From: Sphingomonadaceae bacterium
GTDB taxonomy: Bacteria > Chloroflexota > UBA6077
NCBI GenBank assembly: GCA_050261575.1
Contig: JBLNDL010000018.1
Coordinates: forward strand, 1 to 33,144
Length of the DNA stretch: 33,144 nt
Reading direction: 5' to 3'
Shown here one piece after another: positions 25,998-33,144 of the stretch; positions within the stretch are counted from its first letter, which is position 1, and every line of letters begins with the position of its first letter. The notes under the pieces were generated by a model. That model saw only the letters and a list, made by a program, of their open reading frames with translations. It was not told the origin of the DNA and did no database searches. Made by a program: the position numbers and the translations under genes.

Positions 25998-28793
25998 CCT
26001 CTTCAGCATCTCCAGCCGTTCCAGGAGGCGGGCAAGCCGGTCCCGATTGGACTCCACCTTCTCCCGCTCCCTCGCCACCACCTCGGCAGGCGCCTTCTCG
26101 ACGAAACCCGGCTTCGCCAGCAGCGCCTCGCCCCGCCGGACGTCGTTCTCGGCCGCCGCGATCTCCTTGGACAGCCTCGAGATCTCCTGCTCAACGTCGA
26201 AGAGCCCCTCCAGCGGGAGGTACACCTCGACCCCACCGGCGATCAGGACGAGCGCCCGCTTCGGTCGCACGCCCTCCGGCCGTATCTCCAGGGATTGAAG
26301 CCTGGCCAGCGCCGAGATCACCGCCGCTTGGGAGCGCATCAGGTCCGCCCACTCGTCCGTCAGCAGGATCACAGGCACGAACTTGGCCGGGTCCACGCCG
26401 TTCTCGGCACGGGTGTTCCGGATGCCGCGGATGATCTCCATCACCCGTTCCATCCGGCCCTCCGCCTCCTGATCCCGCTCGCCTGCCGTCGGCCAGGGCG
26501 CGATCACGATGGAGGCGGGCACGCCCGGCCGTGGGTTTTCGGCCGGCCGCCCGAGCAGACTCTGCCACACCTCCTCGGTCACGAAGGGCGCGAAGGGGTG
26601 CAGCAATCGCAGCGACCGCTCTAGCACCGCGGCCAGCGTTTGGCGGGTGACCTCAGCCGAGGGCTGCGACGGGTGCTGCGTGCTGAGTGCCGAGTGCTCA
26701 GTGGTAGATCCCTCGTCCCCGGGACCCGGGCACGAGGACGCAGGACCATGCTCCGCGTCCTGCTGAGCCTCCCTCAACTGGACCTTGGCGATCTCGATGT
26801 ACCAGTCACAGTACTCGTTCCAGATGAACTCGTGGAGAGACCTCGCCGCCTCGCCCAACTGGTACGCCTCCAGCAGCCGCTGGACGTCGTTGGCCACCGC
26901 GTTGAGCCGACTGACGATCCACCGATCCGCATCGGTGGCGTGGGGGCCGGAAGGCAGCGGCAGCGGCGCGCTCAGGTCGCCTGGCTCCCAGTGAGGGACG
27001 TTGCTCACCACGAAGCGAGCGGCGTTCCACAGCTTGTTGGCGAAGTTGCGGCTCGCCTCCAGCTTGGTCACGGACATCTGGGAGTCGTTGCCCGGCGTGG
27101 TCCCCGTCACCAGGGCGAAACGCAGGGCGTCGGCCCCATACTGGTCGATGACGTCCAGGGGGTTGATCACGTTGCCCTTGGACTTGCTCATTTTCTCGCC
27201 GCCGATCCGGACCAGGCCGTGCAGGTAGACATCGCGGAACGGGACTTCCCCCACCATCGCCATGCACTGCATCATCATTCGAGCGACCCAAAAGAACAGG
27301 ATGTCGTATCCCGTCTCCATAACCGAGGTGGGGTAGAAGTAGCGCAGGTCCTCGGTGTCGTCCGGCCAACCCAGGGTCGAGATGGGCCACAGCCCGGAGG
27401 AGAACCAGGTATCCAGCACGTCGGGATCCTGCCGCAAAGCCCCCCCGCACCGCTCGCACTTCTCCGGCTCGTCCACGGCGACGATCACCTCGCCGCAGGC
27501 GTCGCAGTACCACACCGGTATCCGGTGGCCCCACCAAAGCTGTCGGGAGATGCACCAGTCGCGGATGTTCTCCATCCAGTTGTAGTACACCTTGGTGAAG
27601 CGATCGGGGATGATTCGGGTGCGCCCGTCCCTCACCGCCTCGATGGCCGGCTCGGCCAGCGGCTTGGTCTTGACGAACCACTGCTCCATCACCAGCGGCT
27701 CCGCGATCGTCCCGCACCGCTGGCAATGCCCCACGGAGTGCCGCAGCGGCTCCACCTTCACAATCAGCCCCTGCTTCCGGAGATCCTCCACCAGCGCCTT
27801 GCGGGCCTCGAGCTTCGGCATCCCGGCGTACTTGCCGGCCGCGTCCGTCATCCGATCGTCGGTCCCGATCACCTCGATTATGGGAAGCTCGTGCCGCAGA
27901 CCGATCTCGAAGTCGGTGGGATCGTGGCCGGGAGTCACCTTCACGGCACCGGACCCGAAGGCCGGGTCCACCGCCTCGTCGGCGACGATCGGTATCAGCC
28001 GGCCCACCTCGGGAACCACCGCCAGCCGGCCGACCACACCCTGGTAGCGGTCATCCGCCGGGTTCACCGCGATGCCCGTGTCGCCCAGGATCGTCTCCGG
28101 CCGGGTCGTGGCCACCACCACGTACTCGGGCTCCCCCCCTCGCCCGCCGTCCTTCGGCACCAGCGGGTACTTCACGTAGGTGAGACTGGACTCCTCCTCC
28201 CGGTGATCCACTTCCAGGTCGGAGAGGGCCGTGGCGCACCGGGGACACCAGTTGATGATCCGGTTGCCCCTGTAGATGAGGCCGCGCTCGTAGAGCCGGA
28301 CGAATGCGGTGCGCACCGCCTTGTACGGCCCCGGGTCCATGGTGAACCTCTCCCGGGTCCAGTCACAGGAAGCCCCCAGACGCTTGTGCTGATCCGCGAT
28401 GATGCGGCGGTACTTGTTGGCCCACTCCCACATCCTCTCGAGGAACTTCTCCCGACCCAGGTCGTAGCGGCTCAGCCCCTCCTTGGCCAGCAGCCGCTCC
28501 ACCACGTTCTGGGCGGCGATGGCGGCGCTGTCCTCGCCGGGCAGCCACAGGGTGGGGTCCCCCATCATCCGGTGCCATCGGATCAGGATATCCTCGATGG
28601 AGGCGGTGAGGGCATGGCCCACGTGCAGTTCGCCGGTGATGTTGGGCGGCGGCATGATGATGGTAAACGGCTTCTTGCCCCAGTCGATCTCGGGGGTGAA
28701 ATACCCGTGGCTCTCCCAGAAGCTGTACCATCTGTCCTCGTACAGCTTCGGGTCGTAGCTCTTCGGCATCTCCACCATATTCGTCTTCGTCAA
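25995..28793 (-). CDS. valS: Valine--tRNA ligase
   Basis: PPPNITGELHVGH, TTRPET, DWCISRQLWWGH, DVLDTWFSS, KMSKS, C-terminal coiled-coil arm. TTG start with GGAGGTG SD. Confidence 0.97.
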   Translation of the reverse strand: MTKTNMVEMPKSYDPKLYEDRWYSFWESHGYFTPEIDWGKKPFTIIMPPPNITGELHVGHALTASIEDILIRWHRMMGDPTLWLPGEDSAAIAAQNVVERLLAKEGLSRYDLGREKFLERMWEWANKYRRIIADQHKRLGASCDWTRERFTMDPGPYKAVRTAFVRLYERGLIYRGNRIINWCPRCATALSDLEVDHREEESSLTYVKYPLVPKDGGRGGEPEYVVVATTRPETILGDTGIAVNPADDRYQGVVGRLAVVPEVGRLIPIVADEAVDPAFGSGAVKVTPGHDPTDFEIGLRHELPIIEVIGTDDRMTDAAGKYAGMPKLEARKALVEDLRKQGLIVKVEPLRHSVGHCQRCGTIAEPLVMEQWFVKTKPLAEPAIEAVRDGRTRIIPDRFTKVYYNWMENIRDWCISRQLWWGHRIPVWYCDACGEVIVAVDEPEKCERCGGALRQDPDVLDTWFSSGLWPISTLGWPDDTEDLRYFYPTSVMETGYDILFFWVARMMMQCMAMVGEVPFRDVYLHGLVRIGGEKMSKSKGNVINPLDVIDQYGADALRFALVTGTTPGNDSQMSVTKLEASRNFANKLWNAARFVVSNVPHWEPGDLSAPLPLPSGPHATDADRWIVSRLNAVANDVQRLLEAYQLGEAARSLHEFIWNEYCDWYIEIAKVQLREAQQDAEHGPASSCPGPGDEGSTTEHSALSTQHPSQPSAEVTRQTLAAVLERSLRLLHPFAPFVTEEVWQSLLGRPAENPRPGVPASIVIAPWPTAGERDQEAEGRMERVMEIIRGIRNTRAENGVDPAKFVPVILLTDEWADLMRSQAAVISALARLQSLEIRPEGVRPKRALVLIAGGVEVYLPLEGLFDVEQEISRLSKEIAAAENDVRRGEALLAKPGFVEKAPAEVVAREREKVESNRDRLARLLERLEMLKR
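26673..26746. repeat. Bipartite heptamer element inserted in frame inside valS
   Basis: GTGCTGC GTGCTGA GTGCCGA GTGCTCA ... CCGGGAC CCGGGCA CGAGGAC GCAGGAC. Confidence 0.75.
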
Positions 28794-28814
28794 GTATCCA
28801 CCTCCAGCGGATCA

Positions 28815-28867
28815 GTCCTGAGTGCTGAGTCCTGGGTCGTTCCACCACAGGACCCAGGATTCGGGAC
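28815..28867. repeat. Bipartite heptamer element in the valS leader
   Basis: GTCCTGA GTGCTGA GTCCTGG ... ACAGGAC CCAGGAT TCGGGAC. Confidence 0.75.
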
Positions 28868-28887
28868 AACTCCACCGACTCGATACG

Positions 28888-29142
28888 GCAACAAAAGAGC
28901 CCCTCCATCCCCAGGACGAAGGAGCCTTCGTGGTACCACCTCGGTTCGGCCGAGACCCACCAAGCCGTGGATCGCTGCCCTCTGACGCTGTAACGGGCGT
29001 ACCCCGGGCGCGCCTAGCGCGATGCGTTCGACGCGCCGGCTCCCAAGCGACCTTCAGCGGGCGTTACCGCGGGTGGCTTCCAGCCGGTGACCACCCTTCT
29101 CTATCGGCCCGGTTCCGCCTACTCCTCTTGTTCGCGGCCTCT
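28888..29142 (-). ncRNA. T-box riboswitch (Val specifier) with intrinsic terminator
   Basis: Minus strand: AGTAG/AGAGA...GCTGGAA stem-I motifs, specifier GUA (29067-65), T-box AACCGAGGTGGTACCACG (28946-29), terminator GGCTCCTTCGTCC...GGATGGAGGGGCTC-TTTT. Confidence 0.93.
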
Positions 29143-29148
29143 GAAGTT

Positions 29149-29177
29149 AGCATATCCAAGGCCCGACCCACTGTCAA
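29149..29177 (-). promoter_or_regulatory. sigma70 promoter of the T-box/valS transcript
   Basis: TTGACA, 17 bp, TATGCT on the minus strand. Confidence 0.8.
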
Positions 29178-29196
29178 GGAAGGACGCCGGCCCGCC

Positions 29197-31230
29197 TCAC
29201 TCGCCCTCGGGTTCGGGCAGGTACACGCTGAAGGTGGTCCCCACCCCCACCTCGCTCTCCACGTCGACGAAGCCCCCGTGGTCGCGCACGATCGCCTGCA
29301 CGATGCTCAAGCCCAGGCCCGAGCCGCGCACCCGGTCGGTCCGCTTGGTGGTGAAGAAGGGATCGAAGATCCTGTCCAGGGTCTCGGGAGGGATGCCACA
29401 ACCCGTGTCCGCGATGGTGAGCCGGACGTAGAGGCCCGCCTCCACCTGCCCGTACCGGCCGTCCCGCCCCTCCACTCTCACCCGCTCCGTCCGGACGGCC
29501 AGCCGCCCGGATCCGTCCATCGCATCGAGCGCGTTGGACAGCAGGTTGGCGATCACCCGCTGCAACTGAGCTGGCTGACCGTGGATCGCTGGCAGCCCGG
29601 CCGCCAGATCCAGCGCCAGCTCGAGCCCGTGCACGGCCTCTCCCATCCCTTGGAGGGTCTGATCTACCAGTCGGTTCAGATCCACGGACTCCAACGCCAG
29701 CCGCCCCCTGCGTCCGAGGGTCAGCAGGTCTTCATTGATGGCCTGCATCTGCTTAGCCGAGTTTTCCAGGGCATCGCAGTACCGGATGGCCGGATGATCG
29801 ACGGGCAACTGCCTCCGGATCAGTTGGGGATAGCTGATCAAAGGTGTGAGCAGGTTGGTGAAGTCGTGTGCAACTTGACCGGCCACCCTGCCCGCCATCT
29901 CGAGCCTCTCGGCGCGAAGGATCATCTCCGCCATCCGCTCTCGCTCGGTCACGTCCCGGGCCACCCCCTCCACGGCAACCAGGCGGCCTTCGTCCTCCAC
30001 CGGAACGCTGCGCACGTCCAGCACCACCTGGCGGCCTTCCCGGTGTCGAACACGGAGTGTGAGGGACTCCGGCACGATCCCTTCCCCCAGAAGCGTTTCC
30101 AGCTTCCCCCGATCCTCCGGATGAACGATCCGGCAGACTATCTCTGGATCGCTGTAGAGATCCGCTGGGGCGAAGCCAAGCATCCTGGTGAGCGCCGGGC
30201 TGAGGTAGCTGAAGACAGGAGTCGGAACCAGCTCGTAGCGGAAGATCAGATCCTGGGCGTTCTCGGCCAGCCGACGGAATCGCGCCTCGCTGGCGCGCAG
30301 CCCATCCTCTGCCCGTTTGCGCATGATGACTCCCGCGAGGACGTCTGCCACCGCCCCCAGGAGCTGCCGGTCTCTCCCGCGAAGCGGCTGCTGCGCCCGC
30401 AGCGGAAGCACCATCACCCCCAAGGTCTTGCCCGCGGACCTTATGGGAACCTGATAGTGGCTGGAGCCATCGATGGGAAGCCTCACGTCCTCCTCCAGCA
30501 GGTAGATGGCTCCCTGCCCACTGAATGGAAGCCAGGGGACGGACTGGATCAACTCCAGGGCACACGCCAGTACGCGGGACAGCGGGACGTCCTCCAGAGC
30601 AAGCCGTAGCAGGCGGCTGATGAGGGCGTCAGTTTCGTAGCTTCGGTGGAGTTCGTCCTCCAGGTCGAAACGGTGGATCGCATCCCCGATCAGCGGGGAT
30701 ACCGCCTCCAGACGTGCCACCAGAGATGGGGGAACCATCCCCTCCCGCTCGTCGGCAAGATGGAGGGCACCTAGGAATCGATCGCGGTGGCGTATGGGAA
30801 CTATGGCCAGCGACGCGTAGCCGGAGTGGACGCATGCACCCCTGAAGCGCGCCCGTTGCTCCCTGGTGAGGGTCGAGAGGAAACCGATGGAGTCGTCGCT
30901 CCGGAAAGACCCGCCCGGGGTCATAGCGAGTGCATCCTGTGGCTCGGGCTTTCCGAGGACAACCCGGATGCACGCGCACTGGTCGCGCCGGACGCAGAGC
31001 CAGTTCTCCGTCTCCCAAAAGCCCAGACCGAAGCCCACGTAGGACTCGTAGGGGATGTTGCCGTCTTCGTCCAGCACTCGAAGGCCCACGCACCGGCAGC
31101 CGCTCCACCGTTGGACCGTCCGCACCACCTCATCCAGGTAGTGCTGGCGTGACGGGCTCTGCGCGAACAGCTTCAGCAGTGCGGCCATCGCCTCGGCGTG
31201 GTGCTCTCTTTCGGCCCCTGTGAACTCCAT
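29197..31230 (-). CDS. Cytoplasmic sensor histidine kinase (GAF - GAF-like - PAS - HisKA - HATPase), ~677 aa
   Basis: H-box GQVAHDFTNLL, N-box NLLSNALDAM, DTGCGI, FDPFFTTK, GSGLGLS, PAS ENAQDLIF...VHPED. ATG 31230 has GGAG upstream; the longer call overlaps the aldolase gene. Confidence 0.9.
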   Translation of the reverse strand: MEFTGAEREHHAEAMAALLKLFAQSPSRQHYLDEVVRTVQRWSGCRCVGLRVLDEDGNIPYESYVGFGLGFWETENWLCVRRDQCACIRVVLGKPEPQDALAMTPGGSFRSDDSIGFLSTLTREQRARFRGACVHSGYASLAIVPIRHRDRFLGALHLADEREGMVPPSLVARLEAVSPLIGDAIHRFDLEDELHRSYETDALISRLLRLALEDVPLSRVLACALELIQSVPWLPFSGQGAIYLLEEDVRLPIDGSSHYQVPIRSAGKTLGVMVLPLRAQQPLRGRDRQLLGAVADVLAGVIMRKRAEDGLRASEARFRRLAENAQDLIFRYELVPTPVFSYLSPALTRMLGFAPADLYSDPEIVCRIVHPEDRGKLETLLGEGIVPESLTLRVRHREGRQVVLDVRSVPVEDEGRLVAVEGVARDVTERERMAEMILRAERLEMAGRVAGQVAHDFTNLLTPLISYPQLIRRQLPVDHPAIRYCDALENSAKQMQAINEDLLTLGRRGRLALESVDLNRLVDQTLQGMGEAVHGLELALDLAAGLPAIHGQPAQLQRVIANLLSNALDAMDGSGRLAVRTERVRVEGRDGRYGQVEAGLYVRLTIADTGCGIPPETLDRIFDPFFTTKRTDRVRGSGLGLSIVQAIVRDHGGFVDVESEVGVGTTFSVYLPEPEGE

Positions 31231-31448
31231 GGTCGCGACTCCATTGCGGGATTCTGGTTCAGCCGTCGAGCCCGCGGATGTAGACCAGGCTGCTGGGTGC
31301 ATAGCCCGAATGATCGCGCAAGACATCCCTCCCTGGCAAGGACCGCACATCGTGACTTCGGGGCATGCTGGAGCGCTCGGTAGAACCGATCCACGTTGCC
31401 GATGCGGTGGGTCTCCTTCTGCGCCCACCCACGACGCCTGCGGACCTG

Positions 31449-32099
31449 TTACTGTTTCTTCGCCTCGTAGTGCCGGCGGATCGCCGCGAGCTGCTCCCCG
31501 GTGAGCGCCACCGCCGTACCCAGGGTGGCAGCCAGCAGGTAGATCCGCGCCTCCGTCTCCAGGTTGGCGGCCACGGTGTATGCCTCGGCCAGGGAGCCGC
31601 CAACGGCCAGGAGTCCGTGATTGGCCAGCAACACGGCGCGAGAGTCGGGCTGCCGCTCGAGGGCCGCCAGGGCGCTCCGGCCCACCTCCTCCGTGCCCGG
31701 CGTGGCGTACTCCGCCACCAGCACCTCGATCGCCCGGGTGGGAAGCCCCTCCAGTGAGATGAGGGGGATCGGCCGGCGGGCCACGGCGAAGGCCAGGGCG
31801 TGGGGCGAGTGGGTGTGCACCATCGCCTGCACGTCGGGGCGGTGGCGGTAGACGGCCAGGTGCATCGGCATCTCCGACGAGGGGCGGCACGCCCCATCCA
31901 CGACGCGCCCGTCCAGGGTGACGATGGGCACCTCCTCGGGCCCCATCGTGTCGTAGGGTCGACCGCTGGGTGTGATGGCCACCAGATCCTCCCCTGGGAT
32001 GCGGACGCTCGAGTTGCCCGCCGTGAAGGTCACCAGTCCATCGGCCAGCATCCGCCTCCCCACAGACACGATCTCTTCCCTGATCCCCGCGTATCTCAC
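31449..32099 (-). CDS. Class II aldolase/adducin family (L-fuculose-1-phosphate aldolase-like)
   Basis: GNSSVR, ITPSG, PSSE..MH, VHTHS, LLANHG. GTG 32099 with GGAGG upstream. Confidence 0.88.
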   Translation of the reverse strand: MRYAGIREEIVSVGRRMLADGLVTFTAGNSSVRIPGEDLVAITPSGRPYDTMGPEEVPIVTLDGRVVDGACRPSSEMPMHLAVYRHRPDVQAMVHTHSPHALAFAVARRPIPLISLEGLPTRAIEVLVAEYATPGTEEVGRSALAALERQPDSRAVLLANHGLLAVGGSLAEAYTVAANLETEARIYLLAATLGTAVALTGEQLAAIRRHYEAKKQ

Positions 32100-32198
32100 A
32101 CTGCCTCCCCCCCTTGGTGCGTCGTCACCATCTTGAGACGATTCTAACCCTTTTCCCACCCCTTGCCATAGCCCTCCCTCATGGGGCAGAATCCGCCC

Positions 32199-33144
32199 AT
32201 GGACTTCTTGCGGCTCTTCCCACAGCTTAACTGGGTCGACTGGCTGATCCTCCTGGTCCTGCTGGGCTACGTCGTCGCAGGGATCCGGCGGGGCTTCGTC
32301 ATGGGGGTCCTGGACCTGCTGGGAATGGTCGTCTCCCTGGCGGCGGGTGTCCTGGGCTACCGCCAGCTATCCGCTTTCGCCCTCCAGTGGGTGGAGGTAC
32401 CCTCGGCCATCGCCACCCTGGGATCGTTCCTGCTGCTGGTCCTGATCGCCCAGGCCATCTACTCGGCCATAGTGAACCTCGTGTTTCGAATCGGCCGCCC
32501 CATCGTGCTCCTGCTCGGCCCCCTCTACCTGCTCGACCGGACACTGGGCCTCCTGCCGGGCGTGGTCAAGGGGCTGATCTTCGCCACCCTGGCTCTCCTC
32601 CCTTTCGCTCTCTTCCCCCTACTACCCCAACTCTCCGCCGGCATCGAGCGCTCCAGCCTGGGAAGCCGGCTGGTGGTGACCGCGATCGACGCGGCACCAG
32701 GGCTGGAAGCGCTGATGGGGCGCGAGTTGAACGAGGGAATATCCTTCCTGACCCCTCCCCAGACCGAGGAGGGGATAAAGATGAACTTCGGTCTGGTGGG
32801 GGTTCTGGAGCCGGACCCCGCCGCCGAGGAGAGGATGCTGCAACTCTTGAACGCCGAACGGGAGAAGGCGGGACTGCACCCCCTCCAGATGGACGAGGAG
32901 CTCCGGCAGGTGGCGCGTGCCCACAGCCGGGAGATGTTCGAGATGGGCTACTTCGCCCACAACTCCCCGGCCTCCGGCACCCCCTTCGACCGGATGAGGA
33001 AGGCTGGGATACCCTTCGGGGTCGCGGGAGAGAACCTCGCCTACGCCCCCAACGTCCAGATCGCCCACGAGGGGCTGATGAACAGCCCCGGCCACCGGGC
33101 CAACATCCTGCGGCCCGAGTTCCGCAAGGTGGGGATCGGGGTGC
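32199..33144 (+). CDS. CvpA (colicin V production)-family membrane domain fused to a CAP/SCP domain; runs off the window end
   Basis: Not in the ORF track. Translates MDFLRLFPQLNWVDWLILLVLLGYVVAGIRRGFV...LDRTLGLLPG, then LNAER...L..VARAHSREM...YFAHNSP...GENLA...LMNSPGHRANIL. Confidence 0.88.
   Translation, partial: MDFLRLFPQLNWVDWLILLVLLGYVVAGIRRGFVMGVLDLLGMVVSLAAGVLGYRQLSAFALQWVEVPSAIATLGSFLLLVLIAQAIYSAIVNLVFRIGRPIVLLLGPLYLLDRTLGLLPGVVKGLIFATLALLPFALFPLLPQLSAGIERSSLGSRLVVTAIDAAPGLEALMGRELNEGISFLTPPQTEEGIKMNFGLVGVLEPDPAAEERMLQLLNAEREKAGLHPLQMDEELRQVARAHSREMFEMGYFAHNSPASGTPFDRMRKAGIPFGVAGENLAYAPNVQIAHEGLMNSPGHRANILRPEFRKVGIGV

Noticed and set aside
26640..30609. Long plus-strand ORFs (781 aa, 595 aa) and similar antisense ORFs elsewhere (e.g. 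8766-10022, 19351-20700, 21216-22691)
   Set aside because: Antisense shadows of real genes, typical of high-GC codon bias, with no recognisable motifs.
31231..31890. N-terminal 220 aa of the 897-aa kinase ORF
   Set aside because: Overlaps the class II aldolase in another frame and has low-complexity GC-shadow composition.

Overview
GC-rich bacterial chromosomal segment; gene content and repeat style suggest a monoderm anaerobe, possibly Chloroflexota (inference only). It opens in the 3' end of a 23S rRNA gene that has no recognisable 5S behind it. Next come housekeeping genes: Nudix CoA pyrophosphatase, SirB1-like TPR protein, ketopantoate reductase, MFS transporter, class II aldolase, GntR regulator, rhomboid protease and an RpoD-like sigma factor. 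The centre is a long minus-strand run: larB - nfnA - nfnB - a ~1382-aa formate dehydrogenase - folC - larC - UPF0104 flippase-like - gmhA - gmhB. The ORF track splits the FDH in two. It is really one selenoprotein (in-frame UGA at the CARTUHAP active site plus a SECIS hairpin) with a circularly permuted NfnB/GltD-type NADPH/FAD module inserted into an Fe-S motif. Nearby are a beta-hydroxyacid dehydrogenase, fchA-folD, a T-box-controlled valS carrying an in-frame repeat insertion, a Cys-rich GAF/PAS histidine kinase, a FucA-like aldolase and a truncated CvpA-CAP fusion. Intergenic DNA holds many 7-8-mer tandem arrays, often as inverted pairs, plus REP-like hairpins, a perfect 21-bp-arm palindrome and a molybdo-enzyme gene remnant. 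No CRISPR array, tRNA or transposase was seen.
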